IMG/VR virus record: IMGVR_UViG_3300046522_000512
Span: 20,791 to 84,790 of that record
DNA length: 64,000 bases
DNA from: a virus
Direction: 5' to 3' (one strand)
Each line of letters opens with the position of its first letter. Position 1 is the stretch's first letter. The notes beneath the pieces are model-generated. The model had not been told where the DNA came from, ran no database searches, and worked only from the letters and a program-made list of their open reading frames with translations. This document shows positions 52,045 through 61,648 of the stretch, in pieces. The translations under genes and the position numbers were made by a program.

Positions 52045-52908
52045 CTAGTCTGCCGGGGGTTCCGGGGGCCGGAGCTCACCGAGGCGCAGCGGGTGGCCGA
52101 GGAGGCTGAGGACCAGGCGGCGGTGGCAGGCGTGGAGGGTGCGCATGGTGGCGCGGCGCGCGCCGAGCGGGATCGGCTTGTCGGGGCCGCGGTGGGGGTA
52201 GCCGGAGTGCTTGGTGGGGATCCACAGGTATCCGGGGTCGGTGCCGGTGAAGGTCTTTTCCTGGCGTGAGCGGTCGATGATGGCGACGCGTTGGCGCAGC
52301 CACCGGCGCACGGTGCGCACCGTGTCTTCGTCGAGCTCCTCGGGGCCGTCTTCCAGGATGAGCCGGGGCGGCGGCTGCTGGAGTTGGAGGTTGCTGACGT
52401 CGAGCTCGGCGAGCTCGCGGACGGTGCGGCCGGTCGCGGCGACGAGGGAGGCGAGCGCCGCGGTGCGGATCCACGTGGGCTCGTGCGCGGACGCGGGCCG
52501 CTGTACGGCGAGCTTGCGGGCGATCTCCGCGGCTTCCGCGGGGTCGAGGTGTTCCCCGCTGGAGTTCGGGGGGACGTCGAGGCGCCATGGCGTGCCGAGG
52601 TGCGCGGCGAACACGTTGTAGGTGATGACGCGGCTGCGTTGGGCGGCTTCGGAGGAGTCGGCGCGCGGGCCGTGCAGGGTGTTGCGCTGGCGCAGTTCGC
52701 CGGCGGCCGCCGCGGCGAGCCAGGCGTCCGCGCGCTCCAGGTCCATGAGGTCGGCGGCCGCCAGGTCCCGGGGCGTGTCCGGGGTGTTCTGGGCGTGCTC
52801 CAGGTACTCGGTGAGGTAGGTGCCGCGCAGGCGTCGGGTGCCGAAGGCGTAGCCGCGCTCGTGGAGCTCGGTGAGGAAGTCGGCGATGGCGGCCTGGGCG
52901 GTTTTCAC
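52045..52908 (-). CDS. Truncated/inactive tyrosine recombinase-like protein
   Basis: ATGRTVRELAELDVSNL box I-like, YLWIP; ends at LRLGELR without the C-terminal catalytic Tyr region. Confidence 0.55.
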   Translation of the reverse strand: MKTAQAAIADFLTELHERGYAFGTRRLRGTYLTEYLEHAQNTPDTPRDLAAADLMDLERADAWLAAAAAGELRQRNTLHGPRADSSEAAQRSRVITYNVFAAHLGTPWRLDVPPNSSGEHLDPAEAAEIARKLAVQRPASAHEPTWIRTAALASLVAATGRTVRELAELDVSNLQLQQPPPRLILEDGPEELDEDTVRTVRRWLRQRVAIIDRSRQEKTFTGTDPGYLWIPTKHSGYPHRGPDKPIPLGARRATMRTLHACHRRLVLSLLGHPLRLGELRPPEPPAD

Positions 52909-53037
52909 GCGGGACAGCGTACGGGCACAGGCGCTGACGCTGGGCGGAAGCGGGTCAGGGGGCCATGAAATGGCCGTGCCCGAGGTGTTCTTTGCAGTTC
53001 CGGCACCGGAGTACGCCCGGCAGGCACGGGGGCGGGT

Positions 53038-53220
53038 TCATGCGGTGATCTTCCGTATCTGTTCGGGGCTGAGCGCGAAGGGCTGCCGGATGCCGCGCCG
53101 GGCTTTGCCGGGCGAGTAGATCGGCCAGTAGAACGGTCCGAGGACCAGGCGGCCGCCGTCGTGGCGCCACTCGTACTCGCGGCCGAACAGGACGGTGACG
53201 CGGCCGTGGTCGCGGCTCAT
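53038..53220 (-). CDS. Small hypothetical protein
   Basis: Coupled ORF MSRDHGRVTVLF... Confidence 0.45.
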   Translation of the reverse strand: MSRDHGRVTVLFGREYEWRHDGGRLVLGPFYWPIYSPGKARRGIRQPFALSPEQIRKITA

Positions 53221-53564
53221 GCCGCTGGTTCCTGTATCTCGAAGATGGTCTGGCCGCGCTGGATACGGAAGGCGTGTCCGCACGCCGGCAGTGTGAGCAG
53301 CGCTGCGAGGTGCCGAACGGGGACGGTGAACGGCGCGCGGGGGCGGGCGGCGAAGGAGTCGTACTGCCACCCGTCGACGGGTTCGAGGCAGTGCGGGCAC
53401 CACGCCGCGGTGATGGGGCCGTCCTTGGGGCCGATGCCGTGGACGGGGCCGGGGAGGTCGATGCCGTCGGCGTAGCGCTGGATGGCAGCGGTGTCGCCGA
53501 GGAGTTCCCAGCCGTCCGGGGCGAGGTCGGCCAGGGCGGTGGAGCGTTCAGTGGTGACGGGCAC
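53217..53564 (-). CDS. Hypothetical zinc-binding protein
   Basis: CPHC and CGH; AGGAAG RBS. Confidence 0.55.
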   Translation of the reverse strand: MPVTTERSTALADLAPDGWELLGDTAAIQRYADGIDLPGPVHGIGPKDGPITAAWCPHCLEPVDGWQYDSFAARPRAPFTVPVRHLAALLTLPACGHAFRIQRGQTIFEIQEPAA

Positions 53565-53589
53565 GGCGCAGCTTCCTGAGTGAGTGGGG

Positions 53590-54195
53590 TTACAGAACAA
53601 AGCGGTTCTCGGCCTCAGACACGTCGGCCGGGTGCGGGTGCCAGGGGGTCCGGGCCGATACGGTTCGTAGCGCGACGGTTCGGTCCGTTCCGACCCGGAC
53701 CCCGGACGGGCCCGCAGGGGGCCGAGGGTCGCTGTGGTGATTGTCGCTTTGTTCTGTAACCCGTCGATCCGGCTTCGCGGCCCAGCCGGGGTGGGTGCAG
53801 GCGCACATCTGCGCCGCGGCCGTCTCGAAGCCCTCGGGGGCGCCGATCAGGCCCACCAGCTCCCACAGGACCGGGCAGTGCCGGGTGTGGTGGTGGACGC
53901 CGAACAGCGGGTCGGCCGCGAGCGGCGCGAGTCGGCAGGCGAGCTTCACCATGCGTTCGAGGTGGGTGGGTTCGCTGTCGCGGCGCAGCGCCCGCCACAG
54001 TGCCCAGCCCTCCCGGTAGGCGTCCGCGGTGGGGTAGGCGTAGCGGTGGGGGCCCGCGGTGCGCTCCGCGAGCTCGTCGAGCGTGTACGGGCGCAGGCTG
54101 TCGGTGTGGGCGGGGTCGTAGCCCCACGCGATGAGGCAGTCCGGTCCGTGGAGGCGGCATCCGGTGCGCGGCGGGAAGGCGGTGTGACGGGTCAC
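53590..54195 (-). CDS. Hypothetical protein
   Basis: GGGAGG RBS; downstream of a class II promoter. Confidence 0.55.
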   Translation of the reverse strand: MTRHTAFPPRTGCRLHGPDCLIAWGYDPAHTDSLRPYTLDELAERTAGPHRYAYPTADAYREGWALWRALRRDSEPTHLERMVKLACRLAPLAADPLFGVHHHTRHCPVLWELVGLIGAPEGFETAAAQMCACTHPGWAAKPDRRVTEQSDNHHSDPRPPAGPSGVRVGTDRTVALRTVSARTPWHPHPADVSEAENRFVL

Positions 54196-54331
54196 GGGCG
54201 GCCTCCCCAGTTCTGTCGGATGCGGGTGGAGAGCGCGGCCGCCGGGACCTGGTGCCCTGACCTCCGCTAGGCAGATTGCAGGCCCGGCGGCGCGCTCCGT
54301 CACCACATAGACGAGGTGGGGAGCGCAGGCG

Positions 54332-55087
54332 TTACACCTGCTCGCCGCGCACCTTGCGGCGGACCGGTTCCAGGTCGGCGACGGGGATCAGGCCTTGCAG
54401 GGGCAGGCCCGCCTCGCGCCATGCCTGCTGCGCGCGGGCCTGGTCTCCCCCGGCGTCGCCGATCAGGAGTTGCCGGGCGACGTCGTTGGACAGCGTCCCC
54501 TCCCCGTGGTCGACGAGCCTCACGACCATGCGGACGTTGTCGAACTTGGTGCCCGCCTTGGGCTCGTTGGCCCGGTAGACGAGCACCCAGCGCCCCACGA
54601 GGGACTGGGCGCGCTCGATCATCTGGCGGCCGGGGATGGTGGTGTCCTGCTGCGTGCGGATCGTCTCGGGGACCCCGGACGGGGGGATCAGCGTGAGCAG
54701 GCCGCGGCGGCTGGACTCCTCGATCTCGACCTTCTCCAGGAACGCGGCGAAGGGGTGGGAGGCGTCGAGGGTCTGCATCCGCTGCTCGACCTCGCGGGCG
54801 GTGAAGGCGAGCTCCACGGCGAGATCCTGCACGCGGGCCAGCCAGAGGCGGGGGTCGACGCCGGAGGCGGGGGCCGGGCCGGCTGCCTGTGCTGCGGCGG
54901 CGACGAGAGCGGTGTAGTCGGTCACGGGAGCCATCATCACCTGTTCGGGAGCGGCGAGTTCGCGGGCGTGGATGGCGAGGATGCCGTCAGCGACCTTGGC
55001 GGCCCGGGTGCGCAGGCTGTCGGTGGAGTTCCCGGCGATGAGTCCGATGATCTGCTCGCGGGCGCAGCGGGGGCCGTAGTGGCTCAC
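54332..55087 (-). CDS. Hypothetical protein
   Basis: Coupled to the upstream ORF; codon bias. Confidence 0.65.
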   Translation of the reverse strand: MSHYGPRCAREQIIGLIAGNSTDSLRTRAAKVADGILAIHARELAAPEQVMMAPVTDYTALVAAAAQAAGPAPASGVDPRLWLARVQDLAVELAFTAREVEQRMQTLDASHPFAAFLEKVEIEESSRRGLLTLIPPSGVPETIRTQQDTTIPGRQMIERAQSLVGRWVLVYRANEPKAGTKFDNVRMVVRLVDHGEGTLSNDVARQLLIGDAGGDQARAQQAWREAGLPLQGLIPVADLEPVRRKVRGEQV

Positions 55088-55359
55088 GCGGGCACCTTGG
55101 GGTCGCGGCGGTAGCGCCACAGGGGGGTGCCGAAGAAGTCGGCGGCCTCGGGGTCCCGGTAGTAGACGACCACGCGGAAGGACGTGAGCAGCGCCTTCAC
55201 GGTCTCTTCCGCGGGCAGGAGTTCGCCGTCGTCGTCGAGGAGGCGCAGCGGGGTGTTCTCCGCGATCCGCAGCGCGGGCGTGGGGTTGGTGGGGTCGCCG
55301 CAGATGGTGACGTGTCGGCCGTCGCAGGCTCCGCCGACGAGTTCGATCTCCATGCACAT
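55084..55359 (-). CDS. Hypothetical protein
   Basis: GGGAG RBS; IELVGGACDG motif. Confidence 0.6.
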   Translation of the reverse strand: MCMEIELVGGACDGRHVTICGDPTNPTPALRIAENTPLRLLDDDGELLPAEETVKALLTSFRVVVYYRDPEAADFFGTPLWRYRRDPKVPA

Positions 55360-55516
55360 GGTGCTGCTCCCGTACGGATCGGGCCGGGAAATGGTCGGCG
55401 CCCGAAGGAGGTGTCCGGCCGTCCCTCGGGCGCGTCACCAGATAGACGGGGTGGGTTGGAGATCCGTTACACCCGGAGGGCGTGACAGATGGCGCCGTGC
55501 CCTCGTTGGATGCGGT

Positions 55517-55876
55517 GTGACTGAAACCAATGCCGCCGCGAATCTCCTCACCGACGCCGAGGCCGCCGCTGACTGGCTGCTCGGCTTCGCCCCGCCGGAG
55601 ATGCCCGAGGATGACCGGGCGCAGTTCCGTAGCGAGTACATCGCTGCGTTCTCCGGTTGCTCCGCGGATGAACGTGGGGGCCTGGCTGAGCGCTTCGTAA
55701 GTGAGGGCGTGGACAAGCCTCACGTGCTTCCGGTGCTTGTGGGTACGGTCGCCGATGCCGCGGTCGAGTTCGGCCGGGCGTTCGCTGCTCTCACGCCGGA
55801 GGAGCAGGCCCGCACGGGTATCTCGGTGCGGCCGGGGACGCTGAAGTTCATGCGTCAGCTCGGGCCACGGGACTAG
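55517..55876 (+). CDS. Hypothetical protein
   Basis: ORF with globular composition. Confidence 0.5.
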   Translation: MTETNAAANLLTDAEAAADWLLGFAPPEMPEDDRAQFRSEYIAAFSGCSADERGGLAERFVSEGVDKPHVLPVLVGTVADAAVEFGRAFAALTPEEQARTGISVRPGTLKFMRQLGPRD

Positions 55877-55895
55877 ACGCGGCCTGGTCGCCGGG

Positions 55896-57662
55896 TCAGG
55901 CGATGATGCCGCGGCGTGCGGGGCCGGGCTCGTAGATGGCCAGGAGGATGGCCTCCGCGCGGTCGGGGCTCTTCATGCCGCGGGCCTTCATCTGCTTCTT
56001 GGACTCGACCACGGCGTGCCCGCCGGCGTTGTTGCCGAGGTTGGGGGTGGTGAGCTGAATGCCGGCCTCGCGGTCGACGCGCAGGCGTAGGCGGCCGATG
56101 CCGGTCGACGGGTCGGGCTGCAGCAGTGCGCGGGTGGCGAGCCACATCTCGTCGCGCTTGCGGAAGGGCCGCATGGGCGCGCCCGGGTCGTCGCGCTCGG
56201 GGGACTCGGAGACCATGACGCCGAAGATGACGGAGTGGTGGCCGCCGTTCTGGCCCCACACTTCGAGCATGCCGACGGCGCCGTGGCCGAGGCCGTTCTT
56301 GTCGACCTTGACGTGCACCTTTGCGGGGGAGCCGAGGGCCTTGGCGAGGCGTTCCGCGGCGTGGATCTCCTCCAGGATCTTCTTGGCGACCTTGACCTGA
56401 TTGTCGTTGGCGGCGCCGGATGAGTGGTGACGGTGTTCGACGACGTCGCCGACGATGCGGTAGATGGTGAACTCGTCGCCGCCGTCTGCTGCGACGTCGA
56501 CACCGAGGCGCACCCAAGCACCGCGCTTGACGGTGTGGGTGGCTTTCTCGCCTTGGAGGCCGAGGTCGCACAGGCGGACCCAGCCGGGCCCGGTGGGGTC
56601 TTCGGCGCGCTGCGCGTCTTCCACCCACGTGGTGGGGATGACCTTGCCGCCGCCGCCCTTGGGGAACTTGGCGTGCACCTTGGCGATGACGTACGGGTGG
56701 TCTTCGCCGTACTCGCGGATGGTGCGGTCGATCCAGTCCTGTGTGGGCAGGTGGTCGGCGAGGGAGTGGCGTTCCCTGGCGGGCGGGCAGTCCAGGCAGT
56801 AGGGGACCCGTTCCTTCGTGATCGCCGGTGAGTCGTAGGTGGCGATGGGAATGGTGGCGGTGCCGGGTTCCTCGGGGTTGTCGCCCTCCTCACACATGAT
56901 CTCGAACCAGGAGCGTGGGTCGTCCATGGCGGGGTTGCCGATGGCGAGCATGCGGGAGTCGCCGACGAGGAGGTTGTTGGTTCCGTTGCCGATGCTCCTC
57001 GCGATACCCCCGGCCTCGTCGACGATGATGAGGAGCTTCGGGTTTCCGTGGATGCCCTGCATCGAGGCTTCGTCGTGGGCCTGCGCGGTGAAGCCGTACG
57101 CCACGCGCACGTCGTTGTTCCACTGGTCGGGGATCTTCCACTGGACTTCGTCGCAGAAGCCGGGCAGGCCCGCGCGGGCGACGCACTTGCGGATGTGGGG
57201 CCAGAGCTGGTTACGGACCTGCCGGAAGCGGGTGGCGGTGGTGACCACGAGCATGGTGCCGACGGGATTCGTCGCCCCAGCCCAGGCGCAGAGCCTCCCT
57301 GCTATGTATGTCTTGCCGACGCCGAACCCGGCGGGGACCATGACGCGCGTGTAGTGCGGGACGGCGTCCACGATGTCCCGCTGCTTCGACCAGATGCTTT
57401 CGCCGAGGCAGTCCTCGATGAACCCGGACGGGGTGTCGGCCCACAGGCCGAAGAGGGTGCCGGTCTCGCGCTCGACCTCGGCCAGGACGTGAGCGAGGTC
57501 GTTGCCGTCGAGGGTCTTGAGCGCCGCGCGGCGCACCGGGATGGGGGCGCGCAGCAGGCTGTCGGCGATGCTGGACGCTTCTTTGGAGCGGACGCCGGAG
57601 CGGTTGTCGACGACGTGCTGTGCGGCAGCCGTGGCGGGTGTCGGTGGGGTCGGGGCGGCCAT
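55896..57662 (-). CDS. terL: Terminase large subunit
   Basis: Walker A AGFGVGKT, Walker B IIVDEA, nuclease GVDVAADGGD, SPDRAEA. Confidence 0.92.
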   Translation of the reverse strand: MAAPTPPTPATAAAQHVVDNRSGVRSKEASSIADSLLRAPIPVRRAALKTLDGNDLAHVLAEVERETGTLFGLWADTPSGFIEDCLGESIWSKQRDIVDAVPHYTRVMVPAGFGVGKTYIAGRLCAWAGATNPVGTMLVVTTATRFRQVRNQLWPHIRKCVARAGLPGFCDEVQWKIPDQWNNDVRVAYGFTAQAHDEASMQGIHGNPKLLIIVDEAGGIARSIGNGTNNLLVGDSRMLAIGNPAMDDPRSWFEIMCEEGDNPEEPGTATIPIATYDSPAITKERVPYCLDCPPARERHSLADHLPTQDWIDRTIREYGEDHPYVIAKVHAKFPKGGGGKVIPTTWVEDAQRAEDPTGPGWVRLCDLGLQGEKATHTVKRGAWVRLGVDVAADGGDEFTIYRIVGDVVEHRHHSSGAANDNQVKVAKKILEEIHAAERLAKALGSPAKVHVKVDKNGLGHGAVGMLEVWGQNGGHHSVIFGVMVSESPERDDPGAPMRPFRKRDEMWLATRALLQPDPSTGIGRLRLRVDREAGIQLTTPNLGNNAGGHAVVESKKQMKARGMKSPDRAEAILLAIYEPGPARRGIIA

Positions 57663-57710
57663 GGGCGCACCATGCGCAGCCGGGGCCGCTAGTGTCCCGG
57701 GATCGGCAGG

Positions 57711-58040
57711 TCAGGGGCAGTATCCGCAGACGGCTGTGTTGCGGCCGCACTCCTCGGTGAGGTGGTAGTCGCCGCGGCATCCGCAGTCGCAGCCGCCCAC
57801 CAGTCCTTTGGCGACCATGCGGTGCATCTTCGCGAGGAACAGCCGCTCGGGGATGGGGCCGGTGGTGGCTTCGAGGGCGGCCTGTACGTCCCAGCGCATG
57901 CGCCAGGGCGCGGCCGCGGGCTCTCCGGTGCCCGGGGTGTCGCGGATGGCGTCGCACACCGCGGCGTCGGGGATGTCCTTGCACTGCATGCGGCGGCCGC
58001 CGACGTGCCGGATGGTGGGGCGCTCGATGGTGGTGGTCAT
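57711..58040 (-). CDS. Hypothetical protein (GCDCGCRGD motif)
   Basis: ORF with a Cys cluster. Confidence 0.6.
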   Translation of the reverse strand: MTTTIERPTIRHVGGRRMQCKDIPDAAVCDAIRDTPGTGEPAAAPWRMRWDVQAALEATTGPIPERLFLAKMHRMVAKGLVGGCDCGCRGDYHLTEECGRNTAVCGYCP

Positions 58041-58261
58041 GACCGTCCCTGGAATGTCGGCGGCCCCCGGGTTCGTCGTCCGCGTCTCCCAAGCCCCGGG
58101 GGGAGTAGGGCTTGGGAGACGCAGGCGACGGGCCCGGGGGCCGGTCTGAAGGGGTGGGCGGCCCCCGGGGGGGGTGGGGGCCGCCCCAGGGTGGGTGACT
58201 GCCTTCACCGCCATAGACGTAGTGAGGCGCCCAGGTGTTACAGGTCCGGGAAAAAGATTCT

Positions 58262-59653
58262 TCAGCCGGTCTTCAGGGCGCGGTTGACGATGGCGACGTT
58301 ACGGCCGATGGCGTCGGCGAGCCGGTACTGATCCCAGCCGTACGGTTCGGCGTTGAGGGCGCGCAGCGCGGCGTTGCGGATGCCGATGGCGGCGGCGCGG
58401 CGGGCGGAGGCGGCCTCGTACGCGGTGGCGATGTGGGGGAGTTCGGTCTCGGCGTCCTCCACGAACGGAACGCCGGCTGCGCGCGCGGCCGCGGGCTGGT
58501 CCTTGCGGGCGGGCAGGTTCGTGTCGCGCTCCAGGCCGAGGGCGCGCCCGAGCGTGCGGTTCATGCCGCCTTGCCGGGACAGGCCCGCGGCCAGGTACGG
58601 GGCGCGGACGGTGGTGTAGAAGGCCAGGGAGGCGAACGCGGCGTCGCGTTCGGGCATGAGCGCAGCCATCTCCGTGTCGGCCTGGTCGACCGCCTCACTC
58701 GCGATGCGGAGCCGCTCGTCGGGGGCGACGGCGAGCTTGGCGAACTCTTCGCGGATCTCCTCGGTGGCGCGGCGGCGGATCTCGTCGAAGTCGGGGCGCT
58801 CGGGGGCGGGCACGGCGACCCGGCCGCCGGCCCGGCGTACGGCTTCGTGGGCAGCGCGCTGTCCGGCGCGGGCGGCGGCGCGGCGCGCTTCTGCGGCCTC
58901 GTGCTGCTGCGCGATGGTGATGGCATGGTCGGTGGCGTCGGGGATGTGGGGGATCCCTGCAGCACGGGCGGCGGCTTCGGGGTCGGTGGGCCAGGGGCCG
59001 GGGGTCTTGGAGTCGACCTCGTTACCGAGGGCCGCGGAGACGATGCGGCGCAGCACGATGTAGGAGATCCCGAAGTCGGCGGCGATGCCTTCGCGGGGCT
59101 CGTACAGGGCTGCGGAGGCGATGCTCTGGTCACGCTCGGGGCGCAGCGCGGCCATCTCCAGGCTTGCCTGCTCGGCGATGTCCTCGGCGAGGGTGCGGCG
59201 GGCGGCGGGGTCGGTGACCGCGTCGACCTGCGTGGTGACTTCAAGGGTGGCGGCCTCGCGGATCGCGGCGTACAGAGCGGCGAGCGCGGCCCGGGTGCGG
59301 GTGTCGGCGCGGTTGTAGGCGGCGATGGCGGCGGTGGCCTGCTCGCGCAGGTCGGCCGGGCGGTCGATGCCCGCGGCGTGGGCGGCGGCCTCGCGCTCCT
59401 CGGGCTGGAGGCTGCTCCACGGGGCGGCGGTGCTGGTGGTGGCGCGGGCGACGAGAGCGAGCTGCTTCCAGGTGATGCCGAGGCGTGCGGCGCCGTCGAC
59501 GTCGGGACGCTCGTAGGCGGCGACCGCGGTCGCGAGGCGGGTGTAGGCGGGGGTGAGCGCGGCGAGCTCCGCGCGGCACTGCTCGTAAGTGGAGCGGTGC
59601 TGGGCGACGTTGCTCGCCGCGTGGTTGGCCTGGTCGGTGCGACTCCTGGTCAT
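58262..59653 (-). CDS. Ala-rich helical protein with internal repeats and several HTH-like segments
   Basis: EMAAL.PERD x2; AAA(H/R)AAG(I/V) x3. Confidence 0.65.
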   Translation of the reverse strand: MTRSRTDQANHAASNVAQHRSTYEQCRAELAALTPAYTRLATAVAAYERPDVDGAARLGITWKQLALVARATTSTAAPWSSLQPEEREAAAHAAGIDRPADLREQATAAIAAYNRADTRTRAALAALYAAIREAATLEVTTQVDAVTDPAARRTLAEDIAEQASLEMAALRPERDQSIASAALYEPREGIAADFGISYIVLRRIVSAALGNEVDSKTPGPWPTDPEAAARAAGIPHIPDATDHAITIAQQHEAAEARRAAARAGQRAAHEAVRRAGGRVAVPAPERPDFDEIRRRATEEIREEFAKLAVAPDERLRIASEAVDQADTEMAALMPERDAAFASLAFYTTVRAPYLAAGLSRQGGMNRTLGRALGLERDTNLPARKDQPAAARAAGVPFVEDAETELPHIATAYEAASARRAAAIGIRNAALRALNAEPYGWDQYRLADAIGRNVAIVNRALKTG

Positions 59654-59877
59654 GGGTCACAGCTTTCGGCGGGCGCACCCTCGCGGGGGTGCTGGTGGCA
59701 GGGGCCTCCCCTAGCCGCGCATCCTTCGACCAGAACTGTACACCATGTCAATTCGGGGGTTTTGGGTGGAGTGCTGCCGCTGTCCGCGGTGTGCGAGGAC
59801 CAGGAGCGCGTCATGGTCGGGCAGTTGGAACCCGTCGAGGCGTACCCGCGGCGGGATCGTCAGCGTTGCGGTGCCGT

Positions 59878-60303
59878 TCACCGGGCCTTCCTCGCTTCCT
59901 CTCGGGCCAGCGTCTTGCGCCACTCGGCGCGGGTGGCGAGCTGCGCCACCGTGAAGGTGCGCGAGGCGACGGTGACGCAGATCCCGATGCGGTGGCGGCC
60001 GCCGCCGCGGACCCAGCCGGTGCTGAAGGGCACAGGGCGCAGGGTGCGCCACGAGCCGATGGTGTAGCGGCCGAACCGCCGGCCGAAGTCCCCCCACCAT
60101 CCGCGGGTGGTGCCGGGTGGGTTCCTGTACAGGCCGATGCCCACGGCGAGCCCGAAGAGGCCGACGATCATGCCGATAGGGCGGGTGCGGTCGCCCTTGA
60201 GGGTCCGGACGAACGACAGGTGCGCGAGGGGGCCGCCTCGCCACAGGGCGAGGTACCAGCGCATCGTCAGCGGGTAGACGTGCGAGCAGCCGGGGACCTT
60301 CAT
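59878..60303 (-). CDS. Hypothetical basic protein
   Basis: Coupled to the HNH gene. Confidence 0.5.
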   Translation of the reverse strand: MKVPGCSHVYPLTMRWYLALWRGGPLAHLSFVRTLKGDRTRPIGMIVGLFGLAVGIGLYRNPPGTTRGWWGDFGRRFGRYTIGSWRTLRPVPFSTGWVRGGGRHRIGICVTVASRTFTVAQLATRAEWRKTLAREEARKAR

Positions 60304-60665
60304 CGGGCACCCGCCTTGGCGCCGCGGACCATGGCCCGGGAGCCGTCGGGGTACAGCGCGTACTCGTAGCCGCCGGGGTAGGTCACGGGCATCTCGCCCG
60401 GGAGCATCGGGCGGCGCACCTTCCAGCCGTGGCTGTAGGACTCGCGCGGGTGGTCCTCGAACCACGAGTTGCACACGGTGCACACGAGCAGCAGGTTCGG
60501 CGGCTGGTTGATGTAGTCCTCGCGCGAGGAGCCCATGCCCCGGTTCACGCGGTGGTGGATCGTCAAGTTCTGCGTGCTGTCGCAGCGCACGCAGCGCCCG
60601 CCGTCCCTGGTGTGCACGAGTTCACGCACGGTGTCGGTTGGGCCCGTACGGCGTCGAGAGGCCAC
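60300..60665 (-). CDS. HNH endonuclease (possibly packaging-associated)
   Basis: RDGGRCVRC, HHRVNRGMG, NLLLVCTVCN; under a class I promoter. Confidence 0.85.
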   Translation of the reverse strand: MASRRRTGPTDTVRELVHTRDGGRCVRCDSTQNLTIHHRVNRGMGSSREDYINQPPNLLLVCTVCNSWFEDHPRESYSHGWKVRRPMLPGEMPVTYPGGYEYALYPDGSRAMVRGAKAGAR

Positions 60666-60761
60666 GGCAGGGTTCTCCGTCCCGCCCCGGCGCGCTGGGC
60701 CGCAGGTCACGGCCACGATGGAGCGGCTGGAGCAGGACGTGAACATGCACGCCGCGGGTGG

Positions 60762-61280
60762 TTAGCGTCCCGCGGTACCAGCCTCCTCGGGTCCGGCGGC
60801 CGGCGGTGGGGTGAGCTGTGCCTCTCGGGCGCGGGTGATGGCGTCGAGGAGCGCGGCGGCCTCCGGGACGGGCACGCACTCGATCAGCACCTTCCCGGTC
60901 TCCTCCCCCAGCTCCAGCACCCATTCGGCGCCGGTGGTCTCGTCGTCGTAGTGGAACGTGCCGGGCTCTTCGTCGATCAGGGGGCCGTCGGCCTCCTCGA
61001 ACCAGGTCTCCCCCCACACTTCGTCAACCGCCGTGCACAGGACGGGCAGGGGGATGTCGCCGATCTCCACGGTGGCGCGCGCGTCGGTGTCGACACAGAT
61101 GCGGCCTGCGCCGAGGTCGCCCGGCTTGTCGATGGCCAGGGTCATGGGGCAGCAGTAGGGCGGGGTGGGGGACAGGTCGAGGCCGGGCAGAGCCGCACAC
61201 AGAGCGGTGTAGGCGGCGTCTTTCAGGTCGTCCCACAGGGACTGCCACTCATCGACTGCATCGGATACGTGGGGCTTCAC
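60762..61280 (-). CDS. Hypothetical acidic protein
   Basis: Codon bias, RBS. Confidence 0.6.
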   Translation of the reverse strand: MKPHVSDAVDEWQSLWDDLKDAAYTALCAALPGLDLSPTPPYCCPMTLAIDKPGDLGAGRICVDTDARATVEIGDIPLPVLCTAVDEVWGETWFEEADGPLIDEEPGTFHYDDETTGAEWVLELGEETGKVLIECVPVPEAAALLDAITRAREAQLTPPPAAGPEEAGTAGR

Positions 61281-61469
61281 AGGCGGCTCTCTTCCGTCGC
61301 GGAGTGCCGGGCGAGCAGCAGGGGAGCAGCGCCCGGCGGGGGCGGGAGCAGATGAAGCCGGCTGAGTGTTCTTGCGTCGCGGCGTGAGGCCGCCTTGGCG
61401 GCCGAGGATCACCGAAATCGGGGGCGGTCCGCGGGGTGATCGGCAAGGGCAACCACAGAAGAGCTTCGG

Positions 61470-61633
61470 GTTGTTAGTTCTTCTTGGTTTGGTTCTTCTT
61501 GTTTACATGCGCTGTGGCGTATGAGGCCAAGTACGCCACAGCGCATGAGGCCAAGTGCGCTGTGGCGTACGAGGGTTTTCACCTGATGCGCTGGAGCGTA
61601 CGAGGAAACCCTCATGCGCTGGAGCGTACGAGG
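61470..61633. repeat. Iteron/parS-like cluster: five TGCGCTG(TG/GA)GCGTA(C/T)GAGG-type units next to an AT-rich tract
   Basis: Units at 61508, 61532 (core inverted), 61556, 61587, 61615; T-rich 61470-61507. Confidence 0.7.
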
Positions 61634-61648
61634 ATTAGAAACCGCAGG

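Noticed and set aside
53572-53594. Possible sixth class II promoter (GTTACA)
   Set aside because: No CGTC-type -10 element at 17-nt spacing
58150-58195. G-run/G-quadruplex candidate
   Set aside because: Explained by a GC-rich hairpin; not distinctive in high-GC DNA
61508-61633. Possible CRISPR array
   Set aside because: Spacers are only ~5-12 nt and partly identical; no cas genes in the window
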